Translations under genes and position numbers: made by a program
In this document: one piece after another, positions 10,172-19,281 of the stretch
Layout: every line of letters begins with the position of its first letter
Numbering within the stretch: position 1 is the first letter of the stretch
IMG/VR virus record: IMGVR_UViG_2690315872_000001
Location: 27,292-91,291 of that record
Reading direction: 5' to 3' (one strand)
DNA: 64,000 bases
Source: a virus
Lineage: Duplodnaviria; Caudoviricetes
The notes under the pieces: model-generated
What the model was told of the DNA's origin: nothing
Database searches by the model: none
Seen by the model: the letters and a program-made list of their open reading frames with translations, nothing else

Positions 10172-10998
10172 TGCCCACGATCATCACGCTGAACAATGTG
10201 CAGTTCGACCCTGGCCTGAATCTCCCACTGTTGCCGCTGGACGCGTACGACGGTCCCGGTGTGCTGCTGATCCACGATTACCGACGCGCCCGGTGCCTCG
10301 CGCCTGGGGTGCTGACCGAGGGGCAACTCATCACGAACCTGAGTCGGAACGTGACGGCGGGTATCGACGCTGGCGACCTGATCGGGGCGGCGGGCGTCAC
10401 GCGCGACGGGCAGGGCCTGCGGTTCAGCCGGCCCAACGGTGCGCAGATCAGCGACTGGATCAGGGCGACTGGCCTAGGTGCGCTGCCCCTCCAGAGCGGT
10501 GTGGACTGGGTGGCGACGGTGTGGGTGCGTCAGCGCGCAGCGGTCGATTGGCAGGGCGTGATCGGCAGCGCCGGAAACTCGGGGAGCACCGAGACTACAA
10601 ACAGCTGGGGCCTGTATATCCAGGGCTCTGGTGGCCTCGATCCGTACGGCATCACGGCGCGGGCGTGGACGACAGCGGGGGCACTCGTGCAGTACGGGCT
10701 GGACCACCCGCTGCCCGTGGGCGGCCCGGTGGTGCAGCTGGCGTTCGGGATGACGTTCAGCGGCGGCGCAGCAACGATGCACTGGGGGTACAACGGCGGC
10801 CTCCAGATCGGTGCGGACGTCGGTGCGTGGCGCGTGCCGCAGTACCCGCTCCAGATCGGCACTGCCGGAACTGATGGGCAGAGCGGGGCGACCATCTACC
10901 GCGCGACCCTGGCACAGGTGGGGGCGGGGCGGCGCTACGCCTCGATTGCGGAGGCCGTGGCACGGGATTACGCGCTGGGGGCCGGGCAGTTCGGATGA
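10171..10998 (+). CDS. Tail-associated beta-sandwich (LamG/lectin-like) protein
   Basis: ATG overlaps the upstream TGA; Gly/Trp-rich beta-type sequence; the fold is an inference. Confidence 0.5.
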   Translation: MPTIITLNNVQFDPGLNLPLLPLDAYDGPGVLLIHDYRRARCLAPGVLTEGQLITNLSRNVTAGIDAGDLIGAAGVTRDGQGLRFSRPNGAQISDWIRATGLGALPLQSGVDWVATVWVRQRAAVDWQGVIGSAGNSGSTETTNSWGLYIQGSGGLDPYGITARAWTTAGALVQYGLDHPLPVGGPVVQLAFGMTFSGGAATMHWGYNGGLQIGADVGAWRVPQYPLQIGTAGTDGQSGATIYRATLAQVGAGRRYASIAEAVARDYALGAGQFG

Positions 10999-11002
10999 AG
11001 AT

Positions 11003-11032
11003 GAGGCGGCTTGGGGACAACCCAGCCGCCTC
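11003..11032 (+). terminator. Hairpin ending the tail operon
   Basis: GAGGCGGCT..AGCCGCCTC stem just after the stop; no U-tract. Confidence 0.5.
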
Positions 11033-11349
11033 CCAGGACGCTTAGAACAGCAGCGCGACTAACATCGCACCGGCAACATACCCGGCCCCGATCCGCGCAC
11101 CGATCATGACTGCGTACGACATCGTTCCACCCCCCCCTGTGTGTATTTCTCCATCCATTGGTCTGGAGTGCGGCCATGGTTGCGCACGGTCGTGTGGACC
11201 CTATGGATCCTGCACTCATCGAGTAGCACACAGAACCGGGCCCGGTATCAGGCCCTGAACACGCAGGAAAACGCCGCGTCCCTCCCCAGGGTCGCGGCGC
11301 TTCACTGCGCGGGTTGAGTTCTCCAAACCAGGGCCCCCGCCCGCGCAGC

Positions 11350-11574
11350 TTACTCGCTGGACGACTCGCGGCGCTCTTTGCGCTTCAGGGTCAGTTCGAC
11401 GTCGAACTCGTCGAAGATGGCGGGCCACAGCCCGGGCGGCTGCCCCCGGTCCCGCAGCGTGCGGCTCAGGCTCTTCTCGCTGATTCCCAGCTTCGCGGCC
11501 AGATCGCGCTGCGTCAGGCCTTTCTGGCGCATCAGGCGCTTGATTTCCGCGCGGATCTCCTCCGTCATGTTCAT
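11350..11574 (-). CDS. XRE-family HTH regulator
   Basis: LMRQKGLTQRDLAAKLGISEKSLSR is a classic XRE HTH. Confidence 0.88.
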   Translation of the reverse strand: MNMTEEIRAEIKRLMRQKGLTQRDLAAKLGISEKSLSRTLRDRGQPPGLWPAIFDEFDVELTLKRKERRESSSE

Positions 11575-11615
11575 CAGGGTAGCCTCCGTTCACCGTTTCC
11601 TCCGAACCGGTTGAA

Positions 11616-11642
11616 AAAGTTCTACCAATCCGGTAGAACTTT
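11616..11642. promoter_or_regulatory. Palindromic operator between divergent XRE and lipoprotein genes
   Basis: AAAGTTCTACC-N5-GGTAGAACTTT perfect 11-bp inverted repeat, overlapping a TTGAAA -35-like box. Confidence 0.65.
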
Positions 11643-11726
11643 CATCAAGACGCCCGGTCACACTGCGGGTGTACGTCCCTCGCCCGCCCGAGCACGCCGG
11701 GGCGGGGCTTCCCATGGAGGAATCCC

Positions 11727-12197
11727 ATGCTCAAGCGCATCCTGACCACCCTCGCCCTGCCCGTCCTGCTCGCCAGCTGCGGTGGATTCACCGCCCCCGA
11801 GCGGGACAACGCCCAGTGGACGACTGAACTGCACGGCGTCAGCATCACCTGGCGCTGGGTGAACCCCGGCGGCCTCGGGCCCGGGCGGGCCGGGCGGGCC
11901 ATGGTCCTCCCCGGCGGGCAGTCCTGCGTCATCGACCTCGACCCCACCACCATCCGCAACTACCTCACCGAAGTCGCCGCACACGAGGCCGGGCACTGCC
12001 TCGCCGCGCGGTACCTGCAGATCGGCGCGGACGTGAACAGCGAGAACCCACACCTGCACGAACTGATGGAGCAGTGGCCGCAGGCGTACGCCGAGAGGTA
12101 CATGGCCGACTGCGGCCTGAGCCTCGCACCCCTGGGCTGGCGGGACACGCGTGAAGCGACCTGCGCCGCCGCGCCCGACATCGACGACATCAAGTAA
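11727..12197 (+). CDS. Lipoprotein with zincin HExxH metallopeptidase motif
   Basis: GGAGG RBS; signal peptide with lipobox LASC; AAHEAGHCL motif and a downstream Glu. Confidence 0.75.
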   Translation: MLKRILTTLALPVLLASCGGFTAPERDNAQWTTELHGVSITWRWVNPGGLGPGRAGRAMVLPGGQSCVIDLDPTTIRNYLTEVAAHEAGHCLAARYLQIGADVNSENPHLHELMEQWPQAYAERYMADCGLSLAPLGWRDTREATCAAAPDIDDIK

Positions 12198-12213
12198 CGC
12201 ACCTCACCCCTCG

Positions 12214-12248
12214 ATCCGCCCCGGCTTCGGCCCCGGGGCGGATTCTTC
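12214..12248 (+). terminator. Intrinsic terminator
   Basis: ATCCGCCCCGG/CCGGGGCGGAT stem followed by TCTTC. Confidence 0.6.
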
Positions 12249-12272
12249 ATTCCGGCCGGACGCGAGGTCCCC

Positions 12273-12602
12273 ATGCGCAGGCACATCACCCTGGCCGCCC
12301 TGCTCGCCGTGCTCCTCACGGCCGGGCAGGCCGCCCCCACCACGACCGTCTGCGCCGCCCAGGCCCGGACCCAGACCAGCTGGCCCGGCCGGGTCGTGAT
12401 CGTCACCGCCGCCACCTGCCCCGACGGGGGCCGGGCGTACGTGCGGTTCGTCAGCCGCACCGGCTCCCAACCCGACTCTCCCCCCGGGTACTTCACCCTC
12501 AAGCGCGGCCAGACCCTCACGCGGCGCGTGCCGCGCGACTGGTGGGTCGAGTACCGGGACAAGTACCTGCGCTGGACGCGCATCAAGGAGGTGGTCCGCT
12601 AG
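12273..12602 (+). CDS. Small secreted protein
   Basis: GAGG RBS; N-terminal signal peptide; two Cys residues. Confidence 0.65.
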   Translation: MRRHITLAALLAVLLTAGQAAPTTTVCAAQARTQTSWPGRVVIVTAATCPDGGRAYVRFVSRTGSQPDSPPGYFTLKRGQTLTRRVPRDWWVEYRDKYLRWTRIKEVVR

Positions 12603-13067
12603 GTGGAAAAACTGCTGATCGTCATGACAGCCAGCACCCTGGCTGCCAACGAACTCACCGGAGCCGCCCTGCCCTTCACGGAAGGGGAACTCTGGAGCCT
12701 GCTGTTCGTGCTGATCGCCGCGCTCTTCACGGCTGTCAGCAAGGAGGCCAGCAAGGCCGCGCGCGGTCCGTTCAAACCCGCCCGCTTCTGGGGGAACGTC
12801 GGCCTGGGCGTCATGGCGGGCGTGTGTGCGCCCCTGCTGATCGAGTACGTCATGCAGCACTGGACCGGGAAGCCCCTGACTGGCGGGGCCAGCGTCGGCC
12901 TGGGCATTCTCGGCGCGTACGCCGGGCGTGACTTCCTGAAGGCCGCGTACAGTGCCCTGCTCGCCGTGGGGCAATTCGCCGCGAAGCTCAAAGGTCTCTC
13001 CATCAACTACGACCCGGACAAAGTCCAGCGTCCGAACCGCAAGGAAGGAGGTGGGGACGATGCGTAA
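12603..13067 (+). CDS. Holin-like membrane protein
   Basis: About 3 hydrophobic segments, charged C-terminus, upstream of the endolysin. Confidence 0.6.
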   Translation: MEKLLIVMTASTLAANELTGAALPFTEGELWSLLFVLIAALFTAVSKEASKAARGPFKPARFWGNVGLGVMAGVCAPLLIEYVMQHWTGKPLTGGASVGLGILGAYAGRDFLKAAYSALLAVGQFAAKLKGLSINYDPDKVQRPNRKEGGGDDA

Positions 13068-13572
13068 CGCCCGCCTGACACACCAGCTGCGCCACGTGCG
13101 ACTCGCCGTCCTGCGCGGCCTGCACGCCGTCCTGCGCGCCCTGCCCCGCGTGGCCGCCATCACCGCCCTCTACGCCCTGGTGATCGCCGGGTACGCCACC
13201 AGCGCCTGGCTCGCCGACCTGGGCGACACCGTCCTCGGGCCGCCGGTCGTGCAGGAGGGCCTGCGCGCCCTGATCGTCATGGCCGTCGCCCGGGCGTTTC
13301 AGCTGCGCTGGGCGGAACTCACCCCCTGGAGCCGCGCCGGGTGGGGCCTGCTCGCGATCGGCGTGAGCCTGAACCTCGCCCGTGGGCACTTCAGTGAGAC
13401 CCCACTGACCCTGGCGTTCATGTGTGGCCACGCGGGCCTACTGATCATCACTACCCGCCTCATGGTGGCCGCGCAGCGCGAGCAGCGCCTCGCGGACGCC
13501 AACCGAGACCTTCGCCGCCAACTGGCGGACGCCCACGCGCGCATCGCGCACCTGGAGGCATCCCATGATTGA
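13060..13572 (+). CDS. Membrane protein with C-terminal coiled coil (lysis cassette)
   Basis: GGAGG RBS; about 4 TM segments; overlaps both neighbours. Confidence 0.6.
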   Translation: MRNARLTHQLRHVRLAVLRGLHAVLRALPRVAAITALYALVIAGYATSAWLADLGDTVLGPPVVQEGLRALIVMAVARAFQLRWAELTPWSRAGWGLLAIGVSLNLARGHFSETPLTLAFMCGHAGLLIITTRLMVAAQREQRLADANRDLRRQLADAHARIAHLEASHD

Positions 13573-14272
13573 CATCACCCCTGACCTGGTGCGGGCCATC
13601 AACCCGCGTCACCCCCGCCCGGACGTGGCCGCCCCGAAGATCCAGCGGGCGTTCGAGCAGTTCGGCATCACGACGCGTAACACGGTGGCCATGGCCCTCG
13701 GGCAGATCGGGCACGAGTCGGGCCTGATTCCGAGGGAGGAGAATCTGAACTACCGAGCGACGCGGCTGATGCAGGTGTGGCCCAACCGCTTCCCGACGCT
13801 GCAGGCGGCGCTGCCGTACCAGTTCAACCCGCAGGCCCTCGGCGACCGGGTGTACGGCGGGCGCATGGGCAACAGCCCCACGGAGGGCTTCCTGTACCGG
13901 GGGAGAGGTCCGATCCAGCTGACCGGGAAGAGCAACTACGTCACGTACGGCCGCCTGATCGGCTACGACCTGGTCGCGCAGCCGGACCTGCTCCTGCAGT
14001 ACGGCGTGGGCTTCCTGGCCGCCGGGGCGTTCTGGCAGGCGCACGGCCTGAACCGCCCCGCTGAGCGCGGCGACGTGCGCGCCGTCACCCGCGCCATCAA
14101 CGGCGGCACGATCGGCCTGGACGACCGCGAGCGGCTGTACCAGCGGGCCCTGGTGAACGTACCCCGGTACGGGCTGCTCAGCACGGACGCGCCCCTGAAC
14201 GTGGAAGCGGACGCCGCGGCGGACCTGGATGCCCGGCACGAGCAGCTCACGCGGATCCTGGGCCTGCTGTGA
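13565..14272 (+). CDS. Endolysin, glycoside hydrolase family 19 (chitinase/lysozyme-like)
   Basis: Motifs QIGHESG, EENLNY, YRGRGPIQLTGKSNY, VTRAINGG and GLDDR. Confidence 0.93.
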   Translation: MIDITPDLVRAINPRHPRPDVAAPKIQRAFEQFGITTRNTVAMALGQIGHESGLIPREENLNYRATRLMQVWPNRFPTLQAALPYQFNPQALGDRVYGGRMGNSPTEGFLYRGRGPIQLTGKSNYVTYGRLIGYDLVAQPDLLLQYGVGFLAAGAFWQAHGLNRPAERGDVRAVTRAINGGTIGLDDRERLYQRALVNVPRYGLLSTDAPLNVEADAAADLDARHEQLTRILGLL

Positions 14273-14520
14273 CCGTCCGCATGACGCCCGGCGCGCCGTT
14301 CCTGGACGGGGCCGCGCCGGGCACCATCCAGGCCGATGCGAGCTGGCACCACTACGTGTGCCCTTGCGGCTGCGCTCAGGTGTACAGCGCCGCGCACGCC
14401 GTCGCGGGCGGCAGCGTGGAGACCGGTGACCTGACGCTCACGCCATCGCTCTGGCACAACGGCGAGGGGCAGTGCGGCTGGCATGGCTGGCTCCAGAACG
14501 GCGAGTTCCGCAGCGTCTGA
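14269..14520 (+). CDS. Small Cys/His-rich protein (DUF6527-like)
   Basis: Pattern CPCGC...LTPSL...CGWHGWLQNG. Confidence 0.7.
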   Translation: MTVRMTPGAPFLDGAAPGTIQADASWHHYVCPCGCAQVYSAAHAVAGGSVETGDLTLTPSLWHNGEGQCGWHGWLQNGEFRSV

Positions 14521-14737
14521 GCGCAGCCGCCCCCATTCGTCCCCATTGGAATATTCCGGAATACTTTCTCCGCATTCCACGTGTCAGACGACGTGAGCGA
14601 CGTTCCGCGTGACGACTTTACTGTTCGCGCGCCCCATTCCACCCATCGATGTCCCCAATCCACCCATGCCCATGGGTGGATTCGTCTTCCCGGCCCCTGC
14701 CCTTCGCGGTGGGGGCCGCGCCTTTACGAGGTGTTCC

Positions 14738-15460
14738 ATGACTCGAGTCCTTCGACTGTTCGTTCCCTTCCTCGCGCTGCTGCTGGCCCTGACGGGCGTG
14801 GCGGCCGCGCAGGCCTTCGACCTCTCGCCGATCCTGGCTGACCCGATCGGCTGGGCGGTTGCGATGACCACCAACCCGCTGCTGCTGGGCCTGTTCGTGT
14901 TCGGCGTGGTCGCCACCGTCAAGCGCGACGCCGAGCGCCGCAAGCCGCCCATCACCTGGAACCCCTGGCTGTGGCGGGGGATCGCGTTCGCGGTGGGCGT
15001 CGCATCGAGCGTGCTGCTGCGCATGATCGTCGTGCGCGTCCTGAACCGCGCGGGGGTGTCACTGGACCTCGGAGTGACGCTGCTCAACGGGTTCGCGGCA
15101 GGTGTCATCGCCGTGATCGGCCGTGACGGGCTGAAGACGACGCTGGGCTGGCTGGGCCGCAGTGACCTGCTCACGCAGCTGCTCGGCGGATCCGGCAGTG
15201 TGGCCGCGCCGGTGACGGTCACGGTGCCTCAGTCGCTGACTGGACTGCCTGCCGTGGCGACGGGGCTGCTGAGCGACCTGATCGCCGAGGTCCTGCGCGA
15301 AGCGAAGTTGCTGGCCACGCCGGAGCAGGTGATGCGCGTCGCCGTGGCGCTGGCCCCGGTCGCGCCGGACCTGCTCGACGGCGACGTGCACCTCAGCGCG
15401 CAGAACCGCAACCGGGTGCTGCAGGTCATCCTGGACCTGAAGACGGGCGGGCGGCTGTGA
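14738..15460 (+). CDS. Membrane protein, second holin or i-spanin-like
   Basis: GAGG RBS; signal-like N-terminus and several TM segments; precedes a lipoprotein gene. Confidence 0.55.
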   Translation: MTRVLRLFVPFLALLLALTGVAAAQAFDLSPILADPIGWAVAMTTNPLLLGLFVFGVVATVKRDAERRKPPITWNPWLWRGIAFAVGVASSVLLRMIVVRVLNRAGVSLDLGVTLLNGFAAGVIAVIGRDGLKTTLGWLGRSDLLTQLLGGSGSVAAPVTVTVPQSLTGLPAVATGLLSDLIAEVLREAKLLATPEQVMRVAVALAPVAPDLLDGDVHLSAQNRNRVLQVILDLKTGGRL

Positions 15461-15846
15461 CGCGACTCCTGGCGGCGCTGCTGGTGCTGCTCACGGCGTG
15501 CGCGCCGCTCGTGCAGGTGGCGCAGCCGGACGAGCGGGCCACCCTGACCCGCGCAGGCCTGAGCGTCACGCTGACCAACCCCGGCCCGGACGCCCTGACC
15601 GGCGACCCCAGCCGCGCCGGGGACGGCGTCGCGCTGACCGTGCAGGGCGTCGGGCTGGTGCCGGACGCCCAGGCGGCCCAGTGGTGCCGCGCGGCCACGT
15701 CGACGAGCTGGGCGTGCACCCTGCCGGATCTGCCGGTCGGTACTTCGCGGCGCGTGACGTTCACCGCCGGGACGCTGCTGGACGCCGCAGCGTTCGGGTA
15801 CCGGCCTTCACTGGGCGCTCGACCTGTCCTGATTTGGCTTCAATGA
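15457..15846 (+). CDS. Lipoprotein, o-spanin-like candidate
   Basis: Lipobox LTAC; last gene of the lysis cassette. Confidence 0.55.
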   Translation: MTRLLAALLVLLTACAPLVQVAQPDERATLTRAGLSVTLTNPGPDALTGDPSRAGDGVALTVQGVGLVPDAQAAQWCRAATSTSWACTLPDLPVGTSRRVTFTAGTLLDAAAFGYRPSLGARPVLIWLQ

Positions 15847-15850
15847 CTAT

Positions 15851-15896
15851 GGCCCCCACCTTCCCCGGCTTCGGCCCGGGCGGGTGGGGGCCTTTT
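15851..15896 (+). terminator. Intrinsic terminator ending the late/lysis operon
   Basis: GGCCCCCACC/GGTGGGGGCC stem followed by TTTT. Confidence 0.75.
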
Positions 15897-15900
15897 GTCA

Positions 15901-15945
15901 TTGTCCACAAAACGACGAAAATCCTGTGGACAACTCTGTGGATAA
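15901..15945. promoter_or_regulatory. Cluster of three DnaA-box-like 9-mers
   Basis: TTGTCCACA (15901), TGTGGACAA (15925), and TGTGGATAA (15937, perfect reverse complement of TTATCCACA). Confidence 0.55.
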
Positions 15946-16015
15946 CCCGTAATCTCAGCGCACAGACGCATCCTGGCACCCGAGAGAGGAGCCTTGCAGA
16001 GTCGCCCCGACCGAG

Positions 16016-16041
16016 GAAACCCGCCAGACGCGGGGTTTTTT
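16016..16041 (+). terminator. Intrinsic terminator directly upstream of the MTase RBS
   Basis: CCCGC-cagac-GCGGG stem followed by GTTTTTT. Confidence 0.65.
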
Positions 16042-16072
16042 CATGGGGCGACCTCGTCATGAGAGGAGACCC

Positions 16073-18805
16073 ATGGACCACGCAGCATTCGCCCGATTCT
16101 GGAGAAACGAGATCCCAAGAGCTGCTGAACGCGACAGCTATCAGAATCACTGGCGTGGTCTGTGTGAGATCGTGCGGCACCCTTTTCCCGGGGTGGACCC
16201 GAACTACAAATTCGAGCGGAAAGTGCAGAAGGTCGGTACGAAGGACACGGGATTCGCCGACGTGTACAAAGCCAAGCATTTCATTGCGGAGTACAAGCGC
16301 CCCGGCCGGGACCTGGGGGCCGCTCGCCAGCAGGCGGCGCTATACGCATGGGAGCTCGGCAACCCACCCCTGCTGATCACCTCTGACTTCGCGCGGATTG
16401 AGGTGAACACGGCGTTCACTGGGACCAGCCCGAAAACTTACCTGATTGGCCTGGACGACATCGAGCACAACCAGGTGATCAAGGGCGGCGACCTCACGGC
16501 GCTGGAGATCCTGAACTCCGCTTTTCACGCGCCGGAAAACTTGGATCCGCGGCACTTCCGCGAACGGCTCACGACGACCGCCACGCGGCAGGTCGGGCAG
16601 GTCGCACTCCGCATGGGCCAGCGTGAGGGCAAGGCGCGGGCGGCGCACATGATGATGCGCCTCGTGTTCGCCCTCTTCGCGGAGGACGTCACCTTGCTCG
16701 AGCGCGGTCTCGTGACCCGGGTGCTCGAACGCAGCCGGGCCCACCCGGAGAACAGTCAGGCGTACTTCCAGGAACTGTTCCGCGCGATGAAGGGCGGTGG
16801 TGAGTTCTGGGGGCACGACATCCAGCACTTCAACGGCGGCCTGTTCGACGAGGCAGACGCTCTGGCCATCACGTCCGACGAGGCGGCCGCGCTGGTGGAG
16901 GCCGCGCAGCTGGACTGGTCAGAAGTGGAACCTAGCATCTTCGGCACGCTGTTCGAGAACGGCCTCGATGAGGACACCCGCAGCCGCCGCGGCGCGCATT
17001 ACACCAGCGTGACGGACATTGAGCGCGTCGTCGACCGCGTCGTGATGGAACCCCTCTGGGCGGAATGGGACGCGCTGAGGCACGGGTTGCAGAAGATGAA
17101 GCGTCAGCAGCGAATCGAACAGCTGTTCGCGTTCCAGGACCGCGTGCGGGGCGTGCGGGTGCTGGATCCGGCCTGCGGGAGCGGCAACTTCCTGTTCGTG
17201 GCCCTGAAGAAGCTGCTCGACCTGGAGTACCAGATCCGTTCAGCCGTCACCATGAACGGCGTCGGCGAATTCGAGATGCCTCCACTCGTGCACCCCAAGC
17301 AGATGCTGGGCCTGGAAATCGAGCCGTTCGCGCACGAGCTGGCCAGCATCACGCTGTGGATGGGGTACATCCAGTGGAAACGCGCGCACGGTGGGCACTG
17401 GGAAACGCCGATCCTGCAGCACCTGAACAACATCCAGAACCGGGACGCGCTGCTCAACCCGGACGGCACCGAGGCGCAGTGGCCGGACGCGGAGTTCATC
17501 GTCGGGAACCCGCCCTTCCTGGGTGACAAGATGATGCGCGCCCAGCTGGGCGGTGAGTACACCAACACCCTGCGGGGCGTCTACGCTGACCGGCTGCCTG
17601 CGCAGAGTGACCTCGTGTGCTACTGGCCGGAGAAGGCGCGGGCCATGGTGGAATCGGGCGTTACGCGCCGGGCGGGTTTCGTGGCAACGAACAGCATCCG
17701 TGGCGGCAAGAATCGGGTGGTCCTTGATCGCATCAAGGCAACCGGTGACATCTTCATGGCGTGGCCTGATGAACCCTGGGAGCAGAACGGCGCGGCCGTC
17801 CGCGTCAGCCTCTTCGCGTTCGACAAGGGCATGGAAACCCAGAAGACGGTGAATGACCAGTTTGTCAGTGACATCACCGCCGACCTGACCTCGCGTATCG
17901 ACGTGAAATCCGCAGTGAAGCTCTCGGAGAACGGAGGGCGGAGCTTCATCGGTACACAGAAGGGCGGTGCCTTCGATATTCCTGCTGAATTGGCGCAGCA
18001 GTGGATCAACGCCCCGAACCCGGATGGTGTGGAAAACGCGGATGTGCTGAAGCCCTGGGTGAACGGCATGGACCTGACGCGCCGGCCCAGCAACCGGTGG
18101 ATCATCGACTTCGCCCTGATGAGCGAGATGGAGGCGTCACGGTATCTAATGCCTATGGCGTACGTCGTTCAGCACATCCAGCCGGTTAAGAGTCAGAATC
18201 GTCGGGAGAATAGGGCACGCCACTGGTGGCGGTTTGATGAGCCAGCTTCGAACTTGCGTGCCGGGCTCGCTGGCTTGACGCGCTTCATTGGCATTCCAAG
18301 GGTGGCCAAGCACCTTCTGCCGGTCTGGCTGCCCGAGGGCACACTGCCGGACTCACAGGTGGTGTCAATCGCGCGGGATGATGACTTCACATTCGGCGTC
18401 TTGGCCTCCACAACACATCGCTGCTGGGCCCGGGCACAGGGCACGTACATGGGTGTTGGTAATGATCTGCGGTATACCCCCTCTACCTGCTTCGAGACCT
18501 TCCCATTCCCGGATCCAGCCCCTGAGCAGCGTGCAGACATCGAAAAGTGGGCGCGGTTCGTGGTGACGATGCGGGAGCACCTGCTGGCGCAGGACACGAA
18601 GGCGACGCTGACAGGCCTGTACAACGACGTGGTCCGCCTGCGCGCCGAGCCGGACGCCACGCATCCCGTCACGGCGCTCGTGAAGGCCCACGCGGACCTA
18701 GACAAGGCGGTGGCCGCCGCGTACGGCTGGGACTGGCCGCTGAGCGAGGACGATGTGCTCGCGCGACTACTGGCGCTGAACCTAGAGCGGGCCGCGACAG
18801 CCTGA
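16073..18805 (+). CDS. MmeI-like Type IIL/IIG restriction-modification enzyme (nuclease + N6-adenine MTase + TRD)
   Basis: GAGGAG RBS; N-terminal AD..AEYK nuclease motif; FNGGLF, GAHYT, LDPACGSGNF and GNPPF motifs; C-terminal RYTPSTCFETFPFP and H..LD.AV..AYGW. Confidence 0.92.
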   Translation: MDHAAFARFWRNEIPRAAERDSYQNHWRGLCEIVRHPFPGVDPNYKFERKVQKVGTKDTGFADVYKAKHFIAEYKRPGRDLGAARQQAALYAWELGNPPLLITSDFARIEVNTAFTGTSPKTYLIGLDDIEHNQVIKGGDLTALEILNSAFHAPENLDPRHFRERLTTTATRQVGQVALRMGQREGKARAAHMMMRLVFALFAEDVTLLERGLVTRVLERSRAHPENSQAYFQELFRAMKGGGEFWGHDIQHFNGGLFDEADALAITSDEAAALVEAAQLDWSEVEPSIFGTLFENGLDEDTRSRRGAHYTSVTDIERVVDRVVMEPLWAEWDALRHGLQKMKRQQRIEQLFAFQDRVRGVRVLDPACGSGNFLFVALKKLLDLEYQIRSAVTMNGVGEFEMPPLVHPKQMLGLEIEPFAHELASITLWMGYIQWKRAHGGHWETPILQHLNNIQNRDALLNPDGTEAQWPDAEFIVGNPPFLGDKMMRAQLGGEYTNTLRGVYADRLPAQSDLVCYWPEKARAMVESGVTRRAGFVATNSIRGGKNRVVLDRIKATGDIFMAWPDEPWEQNGAAVRVSLFAFDKGMETQKTVNDQFVSDITADLTSRIDVKSAVKLSENGGRSFIGTQKGGAFDIPAELAQQWINAPNPDGVENADVLKPWVNGMDLTRRPSNRWIIDFALMSEMEASRYLMPMAYVVQHIQPVKSQNRRENRARHWWRFDEPASNLRAGLAGLTRFIGIPRVAKHLLPVWLPEGTLPDSQVVSIARDDDFTFGVLASTTHRCWARAQGTYMGVGNDLRYTPSTCFETFPFPDPAPEQRADIEKWARFVVTMREHLLAQDTKATLTGLYNDVVRLRAEPDATHPVTALVKAHADLDKAVAAAYGWDWPLSEDDVLARLLALNLERAATA

Positions 18806-19013
18806 TCAAGCGGGCGTATGTGGCGTCGCGCATCCAGAGGCTGGATCTGAGGCAGCACGTTCCAGCAGTGCGTGTCATGCTGCGCGCGTGTCCCCTCACG
18901 ACGACGCGAACCGCGCCCTGATCGAGATCCTCCGTGCAGGCCTGCCCGCCGCGCCAACGCCTGCACCGGCACCGCAGGGCGAACGTCCAGCCGCACCCCG
19001 CTAAGCTGACCGG

Positions 19014-19220
19014 ATGACGTTCCAGCCCGGCCGCCCCCTCCCTGCCGACCCACAGACCACCCAGGAGCGCACCCTGTACCACGCACCGCGGATGTCCGGC
19101 GTGATGGGCAGCATGACCCGCGAGGGCGGCACGTGGCAGTGGCGACAGCTGCGTGGCGACGGGCCGGACGCGTACGGCACGGGCGGCTGGAACGACCTGC
19201 AGAAGTGGCTCCAGGGATGA
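19014..19220 (+). CDS. Small hypothetical protein (leaderless)
   Basis: TAAGCT -10 box 6 nt before the ATG; Trp-rich 68-aa ORF. Confidence 0.6.
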   Translation: MTFQPGRPLPADPQTTQERTLYHAPRMSGVMGSMTREGGTWQWRQLRGDGPDAYGTGGWNDLQKWLQG

Positions 19221-19281
19221 ACGTACAAGATGCGAAGCCGGAAGCATGGCGACCAAGTGAACCACTCACCATGTGTCCTGA

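Noticed and set aside
361-10326. Long antisense and alternate-frame ORFs over the tail genes (e.g. 1231-2580, 5472-7046, 7313-9346)
   Set aside because: Shadow ORFs expected at about 70% GC; they overlap well-supported genes and show no motifs.
8258-10998. Diversity-generating retroelement or invertible tail-fibre cassette
   Set aside because: No reverse transcriptase, TR/VR repeat pair or adjacent invertase seen.
11106-11258. 50-aa Cys-rich ORF with a C8 tract (possible phase-variable peptide)
   Set aside because: No RBS or clear promoter and atypical codon usage; cannot be supported.
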